Shown piece by piece: positions 39,094-50,300 of a DNA stretch of 64,000 nucleotides. Position 1 is the first letter of the stretch. Every line of letters begins with the position of its first letter. The notes beneath the pieces were generated by a model. That model was not told the origin of the DNA. It saw nothing but the letters and a program-made list of their open reading frames with translations, and ran no database searches. The translations under genes were made by a program, and so were the position numbers. Origin of the DNA: an uncultured Pseudobdellovibrionaceae bacterium (GTDB taxonomy: Bacteria > Patescibacteriota > Minisyncoccia > Moranbacterales > GCA-2747515); the NCBI GenBank assembly GCA_964463705.1, contig CAYXCH010000021.1:65162-129161 (forward strand), read 5' to 3'.

Positions 39094-39960
39094 TTATCGC
39101 TGTGTTGTTCGTGTACACGGTACATCGGCGCGACAGGTATAAATAATATCTCCACGCTCATCGGTGCGCACTGTTGTAATGCCATACTGTGTCAACCGAT
39201 TGATTACCGCCTCATGCGGATGTCCATACCGATTGTTGCGCCCAACACTAATTACCGCCTCCTTCGGATGCGTCCGCTCCAACAATGCCACCGAAGTGGA
39301 TGTATCCGATCCGTGGTGCCCCACTTTAAGGACCGTAATATCTCGTGCGGGAAGATTACGCTCCTGAGCGGTGGATAAATCTCCGGTAAACCAAAATACC
39401 GTTTGTCCAATCGTATACTCCGTCACAATGCTGGTATCGTTTACATTGCGAATATTCCGCACCTGCGTTTCCCGTCGCGGAAAAAGCACGCGCAACTGTC
39501 CGTACTCCGGCGCTCCTTGTACCATATCTACCGAAACATATTGATCAGCCATAACAACCTCTGCCCGACTCTGCGTCAATGCACTGTGCCACGCCGTTGC
39601 CACACGAGATGTCTTAAATGCATTGGTTGAAATCACGGTCCCGACGCGCAACGTTCGCAACACCGCCACTTGCGCACCGATATGATCCGCATCCGGATGC
39701 GTGGCAATAACAACATCTACCACTCGGTCCCACACGGGCATATATCGCGCCAACGCCTCCAACAGCCGCTGTCCGTCCGCGCCCCCGTCAATGAGAATTT
39801 GTCTCGCACCCTGTGTAATCAAGATTGCATCACCCTGTCCGACATCCAAAAATACCACTCGCACCGTATCATCCGTGCGCACATCATATAATGCCAGCGC
39901 TCCGATACTTATTGCACCCCCCAGTACCAAAACGCCCACAATGTGTCCCAGTAACCGCAT
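39094..39960 (-). CDS. ComEC-associated metallo-beta-lactamase-fold nuclease (stand-alone)
   Basis: FLDVGQGDAI, THPDADHIG, TGD, KVGHHGS, YGHPH, RTDERG. Confidence 0.92.
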   Translation of the reverse strand: MRLLGHIVGVLVLGGAISIGALALYDVRTDDTVRVVFLDVGQGDAILITQGARQILIDGGADGQRLLEALARYMPVWDRVVDVVIATHPDADHIGAQVAVLRTLRVGTVISTNAFKTSRVATAWHSALTQSRAEVVMADQYVSVDMVQGAPEYGQLRVLFPRRETQVRNIRNVNDTSIVTEYTIGQTVFWFTGDLSTAQERNLPARDITVLKVGHHGSDTSTSVALLERTHPKEAVISVGRNNRYGHPHEAVINRLTQYGITTVRTDERGDIIYTCRADVPCTRTTQR

Positions 39961-41438
39961 TATTTCGACTTATGATGATGAATACATCGTCGGCGACGAT
40001 GTATCATCCACAGTATACAAGCAAATGCCGCCGCATAACACCCCACAACACTCCATAGCGGCGGAGATACGGACACCGTTTCCGCCGTATGGCGTACAAC
40101 AAAAAAGACCCATCCCAATATCAGTGCCGTTACACTTCCCAATACGGCCGCCACCGGTGACGCCACCCACGCACAGAACACCACCAGCACCGAGAGCGCC
40201 ATTGCCGCGGGAATCATCGGCAGTACAACAAGATTACTGATCAATGCCCATGGAGAAATTACGCCGAAATGATAGGCAATCAGTGGCGCAACACTGATTT
40301 GCGCACTCATTGTTACCGCCACCAATTCCCGCAATACCCGAGGCGCGTACCCAATAACACCCCATAATGGCACCAGTCCGATAATCCCCGCTGTTGCCGC
40401 TACGGATAATTGAAATCCGATGTCATACAATCCCCGAAACGGTTGAATCATTACCATTGTTGCCGCCGCCAATGCCAGTGCATTCCATGCTCCGTGAGAT
40501 CGTCCGCCATACACCACCCCTAATGTCACCACCCCCATAATGGCGGCACGCACCGCACTGCTGGGCGCTCCGATCATCACAACAAATGCCGCAATTGCGG
40601 CAATCGCCACCACAATCGCCTGTGTCCGATACAACCCCATTGCCACCGCCAGTACCAATACCGCGTGCGCAATCACCGCCACATTGTATCCGCTCACCGC
40701 TACAATATGTGTTAATCCGGCACCGGAGAATGCCGATTGCCACTCCCGTGAAAGTCGGTCATCTCCTCCAAAAATCAATCCGGCCGAAAGCGCACCCGAC
40801 GGAGCGCTGACATACCGAGCAATTGCCGATTCCCCAAACTGCCGAAATGTTTGCAATACTCCGGCGATACGATCCGGAAACAACCGAGGCGTCCACGGCT
40901 CCACCGTTTTTGTCCGACAAGTATATAATACTCCACGCGCCGCCGCCCGATACGCCCATATCCCCGGAGCATCAGATGATTCGGCAATACGACGTAAACG
41001 ACACGTTGTTCGGATACCATTCGGAACATCCGTAGCCATTACCGGAGTCTCCACACGCAGGCGACGTATCCCGCGAATTGCACACACCTCTCGTGTTTCC
41101 GTGTCCAAACAATCTCGCACCGCCACCGTCAATACTGTTGTAAATGATGACGATCGTACCTCCCGTACCACACCGGATATTGTTACCGTCCGCCCTTCTC
41201 CCGATGTATCGGCAAATGTACTTCGCGCGATTGTTGCACGCAATAAACCGATGGCCACCGCCGCCGACACCGCAACAATCACAAGTGTATGTTTTGGGCG
41301 AAGAATTGCCGCACTACCGCATATCGCCAATGCCAGCAGTCCTCCGATTGGTGACATTTCAGTGGATACTCCGACCGTGGCCGCCACCGTCCCCGCCGAA
41401 AGCGCAAGAAATGTCACAACAGATTTATGCATCATCAC
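39960..41438 (-). CDS. comEC: ComEC/Rec2 competence membrane protein
   Basis: GLTHIVAVSGYN, SAVRAAIM, GFQLSVAAT, NLVVLP. Confidence 0.92.
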   Translation of the reverse strand: MMMHKSVVTFLALSAGTVAATVGVSTEMSPIGGLLALAICGSAAILRPKHTLVIVAVSAAVAIGLLRATIARSTFADTSGEGRTVTISGVVREVRSSSFTTVLTVAVRDCLDTETREVCAIRGIRRLRVETPVMATDVPNGIRTTCRLRRIAESSDAPGIWAYRAAARGVLYTCRTKTVEPWTPRLFPDRIAGVLQTFRQFGESAIARYVSAPSGALSAGLIFGGDDRLSREWQSAFSGAGLTHIVAVSGYNVAVIAHAVLVLAVAMGLYRTQAIVVAIAAIAAFVVMIGAPSSAVRAAIMGVVTLGVVYGGRSHGAWNALALAAATMVMIQPFRGLYDIGFQLSVAATAGIIGLVPLWGVIGYAPRVLRELVAVTMSAQISVAPLIAYHFGVISPWALISNLVVLPMIPAAMALSVLVVFCAWVASPVAAVLGSVTALILGWVFFVVRHTAETVSVSPPLWSVVGCYAAAFACILWMIHRRRRCIHHHKSK

Positions 41439-41661
41439 ATCCGATACTCACCATCTTGCGCCGAGCCGTCGCCCCGGCAACAATGCGCACACACCGACGC
41501 GGAACATTAAAAAACCGCGCCAGTGCATCACAAACGGCACGATTGGCACGGTTTTTTTCCGGTGCGGCATGCACCCACACTTTATACTCGGAGGATGAAA
41601 CCTCCATCACATGCACCCGAGATGCGCGAGTCTGTACCGTCACGACAATCCGCCGCGACAT
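41425..41661 (-). CDS. DUF167 (YggU/UPF0235) family protein
   Basis: VHAAPEKNRANRA...LARFF...IVAGATARRK. Confidence 0.85.
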   Translation of the reverse strand: MSRRIVVTVQTRASRVHVMEVSSSEYKVWVHAAPEKNRANRAVCDALARFFNVPRRCVRIVAGATARRKMVSIGCDDA

Positions 41662-41664
41662 AGA

Positions 41665-43209
41665 CTATTTCTTCAATTTTCTGCGAATAAATGCCGGAAT
41701 CTCAAATTCATCGTCACCACCACCGGTAGCTCCATCCTCTTCTGTCATATGCGGAATATCCTCCACTTTTTCATCTAAAATAATTTCCGGCTTAAGAGAC
41801 TTCTTACGACGAGGCAATGTCATGCGTTGCAATAACGATGATGCTCCACTCCCCTGCGTATCATCGGAAGACGACACATTGGAAGAATGGACCGGATCAT
41901 TCGCCGGCACCTCCTCGGAAACCTCGGGGGCGGGAGTCGGTGTTGAAATTGGGGCTGATTCATTATCTTCAACTCCCCGATGCTGTTGCGCAATGGCGCG
42001 ATGAGCGAACGCCGCCGCATCCACACTGCGAGCCGTATCATCCGATGAGGACGTGTCTATTGCCGACGCGGAAGCCGGTGGTGGAGTATGTGTCGGTGCG
42101 GAAGCCGGCGGTGGAGTTGTCGGAACCGAGGTTGGAGTGGCGGGCGTTGAAACAGGCGCTTCTCTCCTCTGGTCCTGCTGTGTCGCCGTCTGCAATGCCA
42201 CCCGAGACAGTTTCTGTTCCGTCGTTTCCGAGTCTCGGTTTGTATCATCAAATCCGGTTGCCACCACTGTAATGCGAATCTCTCCCTTATGAGCGCTCTC
42301 CTCCGTCACAACACCGAAGATTACGCGAGCATCTTTATCTACACTGGCGGTAATAACATCCGCAGCCTCCGATACCTCCATCATCGTCAAATCACTTCCA
42401 CCACTGACATTAAAGAGAACACCGCGCGCACCGTCAATGGACAACTCCAACAACGGTGAGTTAATCGCGGCACGCGCCGCCTCCACGGCACGATCGTCTC
42501 CACTCGCAACACCGATACCCATCAATGCACTGCCACTGTCCGCCATTACCGCCCGTACATCGGCAAAGTCCACATTAACATCTCCCGGCTTGGTAATGAG
42601 ATCGGAAATTCCCTGCACTCCCTGCCGCAATACATCGTCCACAATCTTAAATGCGCTAATTAACGACGTCTTGCGATCAATAATATTCAATAACTTGTCA
42701 TTGGGAATTGCAATCAACGTATCTACACGCTCCCGAAGCTGTTGCATCGCCTCGGACGCAATCCGGCGACGCTGCATACCCTCAAACGTAAACGGTTTCG
42801 TCACGACCGCCACGGTCAACGCTCCGGATTCTTTTGCAACCTCCGCCACTACCGGCGCGGCACCGCTTCCGGTTCCACCGCCCAATCCGCATGTAACAAA
42901 GACCATATCGGCATCCTTGAGTACCTCCTGTATTTCATCACGATTTTCCTCCGCCGCTTGACGTCCGACCTCCGGATTCATACCGGCACCCAAACCTTTG
43001 GTAAGATTTTTCCCAATATGGATTTTTTCCGCCGCCTTGGATGTATGCAATGCCTGTGCATCCGTATTGATTGCAACAAACTCCACTCCCGCAACATTCT
43101 CATCCACCATACGCGTCACGGCATTGTTTCCACTACCGCCGACACCGACGACTTTAATGCGAGCAAATGTTTCAATATCAGGTTTAATCTCTGCCATAGG
43201 TTTCTTCAT
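41665..43209 (-). CDS. ftsZ: Cell division protein FtsZ with long linker
   Basis: [25 protein letters not shown]-terminal EIPAFIRRK. Confidence 0.98.
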   Translation of the reverse strand: MKKPMAEIKPDIETFARIKVVGVGGSGNNAVTRMVDENVAGVEFVAINTDAQALHTSKAAEKIHIGKNLTKGLGAGMNPEVGRQAAEENRDEIQEVLKDADMVFVTCGLGGGTGSGAAPVVAEVAKESGALTVAVVTKPFTFEGMQRRRIASEAMQQLRERVDTLIAIPNDKLLNIIDRKTSLISAFKIVDDVLRQGVQGISDLITKPGDVNVDFADVRAVMADSGSALMGIGVASGDDRAVEAARAAINSPLLELSIDGARGVLFNVSGGSDLTMMEVSEAADVITASVDKDARVIFGVVTEESAHKGEIRITVVATGFDDTNRDSETTEQKLSRVALQTATQQDQRREAPVSTPATPTSVPTTPPPASAPTHTPPPASASAIDTSSSDDTARSVDAAAFAHRAIAQQHRGVEDNESAPISTPTPAPEVSEEVPANDPVHSSNVSSSDDTQGSGASSLLQRMTLPRRKKSLKPEIILDEKVEDIPHMTEEDGATGGGDDEFEIPAFIRRKLKK

Positions 43210-43252
43210 CTAAATTGCCAATATTCTACACTACCATGCCCCACAAGGACGG

Positions 43253-44284
43253 TCAAATATTACGTAATATCACGGTCATGCGCGTCCCATCTCGCAGAAT
43301 TTCCATCGGTACATCCTCTGATGTTTTCGTTTGCAAAAACCACTGCGTCGGAGTGGAAAACATTCCCACTTCCTCTGAGTTAATCGCCAAAATCATATCT
43401 CCCGACCGTAACGGAATATCCTTGCGCATTACCCGTGTCACCAAAGCAACATGTGATACACGACCATCCGGTGCCGGCACCATTGTATATTCAAATCCCG
43501 GTGATTGCATTGTATCCGTTTGCTCATGCACAAAACGATCTACAGCCAATGCCAATGCATCGGACGGCAGTGGCAATGACTGTTGTGCGCGAGATAATGC
43601 CGCAACATCACCGGTTCGTGTAACATACACCGCTCGCCGCTGTGATTGTACACTGTCGTCGGTCAATAGTGCCGTATCCCATTGTACGGCATCGGTTGGT
43701 GTCCACACGTGCGCCTGTGCATGAACGGCACGCGCCCGAATAAAATCCTGTGCCACCGTATCAGCATCAAGAGCAACCAACCGCTGACCGGCAAAAATAT
43801 CCCGGCTTCGCGCAATCGCCACCGGTGACAAATCACTTCGCGGTGTGCGAATAAACGATACTCCCGTTACCGCATCTCGTGCCACCACCGTCCCCGTTTC
43901 CGCTCGCGCATCCAGAAATACCACCCGCACGGATGATGTCGCCATATCATCCTCGGGAAGCATTGCCGCAATCACCCCATCCGTGGTCACAACAATACCC
44001 GTTGCAACCGTCGTATCATTAACCGTAACGGCAACCACGCTCCCGCGTAACCGCTGTATCACATCACGCACAACATCATCTTCAGTAATTTCCGTTTTCA
44101 CCGTCTTTTCAATTACCGTTGTCTGCTGTAACTGCTGTGCGAATATCTTCTCCCCCCATGGATGAGATGCCGCATAAGGGATACCATAGACTTGCATTAA
44201 TGCGCCACCCAACGCGCCACCGACCAATAATACACACAACATTAACACGTTGTACCACCGTGTCTTCTTTTTTGTCATATTCAT
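43253..44284 (-). CDS. Degenerate HtrA/S1C trypsin-like protein with PDZ-like C-terminus
   Basis: N-terminal TM, SVVAV, TGIVVTTDG, GDMILAIN..EV, ILRDG; catalytic motifs not evident. Confidence 0.65.
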   Translation of the reverse strand: MNMTKKKTRWYNVLMLCVLLVGGALGGALMQVYGIPYAASHPWGEKIFAQQLQQTTVIEKTVKTEITEDDVVRDVIQRLRGSVVAVTVNDTTVATGIVVTTDGVIAAMLPEDDMATSSVRVVFLDARAETGTVVARDAVTGVSFIRTPRSDLSPVAIARSRDIFAGQRLVALDADTVAQDFIRARAVHAQAHVWTPTDAVQWDTALLTDDSVQSQRRAVYVTRTGDVAALSRAQQSLPLPSDALALAVDRFVHEQTDTMQSPGFEYTMVPAPDGRVSHVALVTRVMRKDIPLRSGDMILAINSEEVGMFSTPTQWFLQTKTSEDVPMEILRDGTRMTVILRNI

Positions 44285-44288
44285 AGAA

Positions 44289-45071
44289 TTACACCACGGG
44301 ACGCCACTGTGCACTCATTAGCACCATCAGCGCCACCAATATCAACAATATCGTATTTACCACAACGCGGGAACGAGAGAGTGTATCACGAAAAAACATA
44401 TCACACATATCCCACACAATATAGTATATCATAAGGAGAACAATTGCGCTGGTCATATGTCCGAATGGCCACCAGAGTGCCACCGCGATTACTTGCACCA
44501 TAACCACTGTTACCGCCACCGCATACATAACCGTCTGCGAAAACCGCCCGCGTGCCACCATGACAAAATATTGCCATGATACCAATAGTGTCCAAAACCC
44601 CAATATGACAAGTACCGCTGTTCGCGGAACGGTGAAATTCACATAAACCGCAAATGTTCCGGCATACCATAAAAACAGTCCGGAAAAAATTCCCGCGACA
44701 ATCATCCCGCGCGCCACGGCATCTCGCACATTGGAACGGAGGCGATATGATCCCAACAAAACGGCATAAACGATTACTGACGCTATCCCCGCCATAATAT
44801 TGCGTTGCACCATGCTATCAACAAAGAACATCAATGACGCCATTCCCAGCAAAAACAGTAGCGGTGTAATGGCAAAAAACAAGTGCCGTGCAATGCGCCG
44901 CGACGCGATAATCGTTATAACACACAATGCCGCGGTAGCAATGGCAAGCGCAACTCCTCCACGTGCCGTATTCGCCGCAAATACCAACAACACTCCGCCA
45001 CAAACAGCGGCATATAGAGCGGTAGCGACATGAAATAAAACCGGTCGTTGATGTACGGATTCCATACTCAT
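44289..45071 (-). CDS. Polytopic membrane protein (DUF5656-like)
   Basis: About 8 TM segments, LWWPFG motif. Confidence 0.6.
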   Translation of the reverse strand: MSMESVHQRPVLFHVATALYAAVCGGVLLVFAANTARGGVALAIATAALCVITIIASRRIARHLFFAITPLLFLLGMASLMFFVDSMVQRNIMAGIASVIVYAVLLGSYRLRSNVRDAVARGMIVAGIFSGLFLWYAGTFAVYVNFTVPRTAVLVILGFWTLLVSWQYFVMVARGRFSQTVMYAVAVTVVMVQVIAVALWWPFGHMTSAIVLLMIYYIVWDMCDMFFRDTLSRSRVVVNTILLILVALMVLMSAQWRPVV

Positions 45072-45089
45072 ACCATACCATGTGCACCC

Positions 45090-45968
45090 CTAGCGTGCAA
45101 TGCGCTGAATGTGCTCCACTACATCTGAACGGTCCACCACCATATCATTTAACATATACACCTCTGTCGGAGGGTGACCGAAACGAGCAATGTCTCGTAC
45201 AATGTCTGTTATACGATCTGACATCGGTACGTCCTCACAGGGTTTCCGCACCGACAATTTCAATCCGTCTCCCCGTCGCGCCGCACATATGGAGCGTCGC
45301 ACATCATCCGATGATGCTCCAAAGGGCAAGACAATCAGAACCGCTCCCGCTTTCCGTACCGCCCGTTCCAATCCTCGTGGTGGTACCACCGACGATTCTC
45401 GCGGAACCAACACTGCCAACACGGGCGCATCCGTCTCTATCACTTCTGCAAGGTGACGTACCGCCCGATGATACGCCACTTCCACCGTACGCAAAAACGG
45501 CACATCCACAATCCACAATCCTTCCTCGGCACCGGTGGCAAACAACCCTTGTGATTGTGCAAATAACCGTGTCTGCGTAACCGCAGCGTTCAATACAATC
45601 GCCGGCAAATACGGAACGTCGGCACGGGCGCGGATCTCCGCCGCTTCCCCACCGTCTACGCAACGAATTCGTACCGTTGGCAATACATACCGCAGCCATG
45701 TCGTCAATATATCGCGAGAGGATGCGTTTGCGGTACAAGACTCCGTTACAAACATCGCGGTAATCGGAGGAGCCGAATATGCCACCCATGTACGGTGATC
45801 ATAGGAAACAACACTGGCATTTCGCAATGCTCGTATTGTAAACCCTTCTCCGCGATATAACTGAACTACATCTACCAATACACTGCCGCATACCAGTCCG
45901 ACCAGAACAATGATTATTGCCGTTCGTGTTTTTATCGCACGACGACATTCTTTCGCAGTCATCGTCAT
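45090..45968 (-). CDS. Hypothetical membrane-anchored protein, possibly degenerate thioredoxin/DsbA-like
   Basis: N-terminal TM; VPYLPAIV resembles a cis-Pro loop; no CxxC. Confidence 0.5.
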   Translation of the reverse strand: MTMTAKECRRAIKTRTAIIIVLVGLVCGSVLVDVVQLYRGEGFTIRALRNASVVSYDHRTWVAYSAPPITAMFVTESCTANASSRDILTTWLRYVLPTVRIRCVDGGEAAEIRARADVPYLPAIVLNAAVTQTRLFAQSQGLFATGAEEGLWIVDVPFLRTVEVAYHRAVRHLAEVIETDAPVLAVLVPRESSVVPPRGLERAVRKAGAVLIVLPFGASSDDVRRSICAARRGDGLKLSVRKPCEDVPMSDRITDIVRDIARFGHPPTEVYMLNDMVVDRSDVVEHIQRIAR

Positions 45969-46159
45969 AAACGAATTTCACTATCCGGTATTACCGTGTA
46001 ATCATCATATCCGATTGTAATGTTCCGTAACGCCCAGAGTTTCAGTACCGCGCCACATACCACAGCAAAAAGAAACACCAATACCAAACGTACAGAACGG
46101 TGCCGCCACCACCGCCGCACCGGCTTACCGATTCGTCGTATGTACGTCGTTATATCCAT
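45965..46159 (-). CDS. Small single-TM protein
   Basis: Basic N-terminus, one TM, ITIGYDDY; overlaps both neighbours in operon fashion. Confidence 0.55.
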   Translation of the reverse strand: MDITTYIRRIGKPVRRWWRHRSVRLVLVFLFAVVCGAVLKLWALRNITIGYDDYTVIPDSEIRL

Positions 46160-47351
46160 GACCGCTTACTGTAGCACGAGCAAGCGTTTCGCGCAAGAAT
46201 TCCGTGTATGGATGATTGTGCAATGCCTCTGTTGTATACCGTTTATTCGCCGTCCGCAGAGCCGCCGCTCCGATGCGTTCTCGCAAGGACGCATCGTCAA
46301 TCAACGCGCTCAGTGCCGTTACCCACTCTTGCGTCGTCTCCGCAACATATCCATCCACTCCCTGCGTTATCGCTTCGCGAAATGTTTGAGTGGCACTGGC
46401 AACCGTCGGCACTCCGACAATTCCCGCCTCAAAAAATTTCAACTCACTCTTTGCCTGACAAAACGGGTTATCTTCCAATGGCGCAATATTAATGTCCACC
46501 GATGCGATATTGGCAAAATGTTTCATTCGCGGAACATATGGCCGACAGATAAACCGATCGGCATAGGATTGCAGCGCCGGGTCCAGATCCAACGGCCCGT
46601 AAATTGCCACCCGCACCTGTTTGTAACGCTGAAAAATTTCCGTCAATACCGGTGTTAATATGGCGAAATCCTTATTATGACTGAGTACTCCGCTAAAATA
46701 CCCGATTGTCACCGTATCGGCAGATACGTGCCGATGGCGGCGAAGACGACGCGCCCGCGCACAGTCTTGTTGCGACAACATATTCGGAACAACAAACACC
46801 CGTTTCCCTTCCTCTCGCAGCCGCTCCGCAAGATACGATGTTGACACCGTGGCAACACGAACATACGGATCACGCACCATTTCTCCACCAATACCATTCT
46901 TATACTGTAAGCGCTCCAACGGCTGCATCTGTGTATAAAAATCCATGTAACGCAAAAACTTCGGATCATATACCAAATCATCCGTTTCAACAATGATTGT
47001 CTTCCCTGCGGCTTTGGCGGCATCATAGAGTGCCTTGGCGGATCCCATATACAATACACGATGAAATACAAACACTTCAAATCGGCGAACATATCGTGAA
47101 AGAAACGGGTTATCCTGTACCGTTACCTGCGCCGCAATCCCGGCACGGCGTAACGCCTCTGCCACATGATGTGCTCGGTACCGCGCACTATCTCCAATTC
47201 CGGACGTGATTATCAATACCGTTCCCTTTGGCACCCACATCATCCGTACAAATGTCACCGCTCCGTGAACCGCGCGTCGCACCCCCCACACAATCCCATC
47301 ACGGCGGATTACGGCGATAACCTTCCCGCATTTGATAAGAAACAGCTTCAT
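46125..47351 (-). CDS. GT4-type glycosyltransferase
   Basis: ETDDL, IGYFSG, DINIAPL, KSELKFFEAG, VPTVAS; ATG 47351 overlaps the upstream stop. Confidence 0.88.
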   Translation of the reverse strand: MKLFLIKCGKVIAVIRRDGIVWGVRRAVHGAVTFVRMMWVPKGTVLIITSGIGDSARYRAHHVAEALRRAGIAAQVTVQDNPFLSRYVRRFEVFVFHRVLYMGSAKALYDAAKAAGKTIIVETDDLVYDPKFLRYMDFYTQMQPLERLQYKNGIGGEMVRDPYVRVATVSTSYLAERLREEGKRVFVVPNMLSQQDCARARRLRRHRHVSADTVTIGYFSGVLSHNKDFAILTPVLTEIFQRYKQVRVAIYGPLDLDPALQSYADRFICRPYVPRMKHFANIASVDINIAPLEDNPFCQAKSELKFFEAGIVGVPTVASATQTFREAITQGVDGYVAETTQEWVTALSALIDDASLRERIGAAALRTANKRYTTEALHNHPYTEFLRETLARATVSGHGYNDVHTTNR

Positions 47352-50300
47352 GACTCTTGACGTCCTTCGCGTATCATTCGTCGCAATACCATCGCAAGCA
47401 ATATTGCTAACAGCAACAATAACAACAGCAACACGACCAGCCATATCCATTGATAACCGCGAGATGACGATTCCGGTACCCGTGTTTGCACACCTAATAC
47501 TTTTGGAGAATTGCGAGATACGGTAACTGTCGGCGTCGTTGGTCGCTCTTTTTGTTCCGTCGCTCGCAACGCCGCCACGGGGACAATAGTCTCCCGCGGT
47601 GCAACCGATCGTGCCGCCGTCTCTCCCAATGCTCGCAACGGACGTGTTACCGTTTGCACAACGGTTGCCGGTACCTCCGTCTTCTTCTTCTTTTTCTTTG
47701 CGGAGCGATCACGTCCCTTATCACGAGAGGAGTTCTCCGATGCAACAATATCATCTTCATCATCATCAATCGTTGCCATCGCCGTATCCGTCAAGATTGT
47801 TACGTGAGGCAGGGATGGTGACGCAATGCGAACACGGACCGTTTCCTCTCCCTCTAACACCGCATCATTTACCACCGGCACCGTCAGCCGTGCCGCCGTC
47901 TCCCCCGGCGCAATCGCTACAACACGAGTCCCGAACACACTACTACCATAATCCTCCGCACTTGCCGTACCGCCATCTACCGTGACATCAAATGCCACGC
48001 TTTCCGATGCTCCATTCGGCGCGGACAACACGACCTCAAAAATCATATCGGTGGGCGCATGCTCCGCCCCGTTCTGCACGGTACGCACAACTGCGGTAAC
48101 CGGTCGCACCTCATCGTCGGCGAGAGTGGCGGTGGCGGTGGACGTATCAATTGTCAACGCCGCAATACTGGGATCGCTTATTGTGGCAATAATCGTTTCC
48201 TCTCCCTCATAAATCGTATCATTTAATGGTGAAATCGTAATCACCGCCCGTTGCTCGCCGGATGGAATACGTACGGTAGAATCCGGTGCCACATAATCCG
48301 TTCCTTGTTCCGCCGTTCCGGATAGCGCCAATGCAAATGTCACCTCTTGCCCGGTGGCGTTTATTCGATCCAATGCAACCGTGAATGTCACCGGCGTACC
48401 GTCCTCCCGACCCTGTTGCGTCGCACTAATTGTTGCACCACGCGTATCGTTATCGGTAATTGTTGCCGTTGCACTCGCCGTGGTAATGGTAACGGCGGAA
48501 TGTGATGGATTGGAAATCTGCGCACGAAGTGATTCTGTCACTTCCATCAACGCATCATCCACCACCGGCACCGAAAGAACGCCGGCGGCGGCACCGGACG
48601 CAACACTGAGACTGTGTGCCCCCAACGTATCGGCATAATCATCACCGACAGTAGCACTTCCATCCGTACGAACAATATCAAACGTAATGGGCGACGCAGT
48701 ATCATTGGTGTAATCCAGTGTGACAACAAAGGTCATATCTGCGCCACCCTCTGCACCGGGGGTGGCGGATAATGTCGCCGACACCGCCGTGTTATCAACA
48801 ATCTGTGTCGTGGCGGTGGCCTGTGCCATCGTAACGCGTGATGCTGTTGTTTGCACCGTCCCGGTCACCGTCTCGGCGTCCTCCAACGCCCGATCGGATA
48901 ACACTGCAACGGAAAACGATGCCGTTCGCTCACCGGGCGCGATACTTGCGGTGCGAACAGCGGAATTATTGTCATCATAATCCACTCCTCCGCGGGCGGT
49001 ATCCGATGTGCTCCCCAATGCCAATGTCACGGGAATTGCCGTACCGGTATCATTTACTTTATCTAACGTAACGGTAAACGTTACCGGTGTTGGTGTTTCT
49101 CCCTCTGCACCGGGGGTGGCGGAGACGGTTGCCTGCGCAATACTGTCATCGGAAATTGTTACCGTAACCGCTCCACCATTGGTCATACTTACCGCCGTCG
49201 CATTATCACTGCGCGGCGTAAGAATAACACGAAATGTTTCGTCCGTTTCCAGTGAATCGTCCGCTCGCACCGGAATCGTAATATCCGCCGTTGCACTCCC
49301 GGGTGCAATGACCGCCGTCTGTGCCGTATTGTCAAAATCCCCATCCGTGTCTCCACCGTGTGCCGTTTCATCGGCAAGCGCAACGGTAAATGCAAGATCC
49401 CCACCGGTTGTATTTGTATATGACGCACCGGTATCATCAGTCAATGTTACACGAACAACGGCATCACGAACCGTTCCATCAGCATATTCCCTCCCGTTCT
49501 GCACCGTTTGTACCACTGCCGAAAGAGCAGTTGTTCCACATCGTAATGCGGGAGTGTTTGCCGTCATATCACCGGTTGCATTTGATGCACCGACAATTTC
49601 CACTCGCGCATTATCGGCAAGTGATGTCGTAATCTGTAACACGCCGGCAGATGTTACCAGTCCGGCACGTGGGGAGCGTATATCACGAACAAACCCCAGC
49701 GGTGTCACTGTTCCGGTATTCGTAACGGTTACATTTTCTACCGTAACATCCCGTGCGGTATACAATGCCAATAACGGACTGTCCGTAAATGTTACATCGC
49801 GAATTGTGATTGCTCCGCTCTGTGCGGCATGAATGGTCAGCGGTGCGCTGCGCACATCACGCAGCGCATCATCATTCCATGTTGCCTCACAGCGTACAAC
49901 GGAACTCGTAGTGGCGGGTCCGCGATGTCCAAACGCTTCAAGATGTACATTACGTATCGTCTGTGCTGCCGTGGATCGCAATACGATAAATGCCCCTGTT
50001 GTCAATGACATCGTCGTGGGTACACCACCTTGCAACAAGGTAATGGATGTATTCACATTGCGCAGTGTTGCCCTCTGTGTGGGAGAAATATCCACTGCCG
50101 CATCACCGCCCACATAAACAAACACCGGCGGCAACCCTTGTGCCTGACCACTTTGATCAAACGTTACCGTCGCTCCGTCCTCCACCACCAGCCGCGCAGA
50201 CCCAAATAACACAATCGGCTTTGTTACCGTTTCCCCGTCGGTCAATGTTAATGTATCAGTTCCCTCTACACAAGTAATCACGGGTTGTGGCGCCGTCGGC

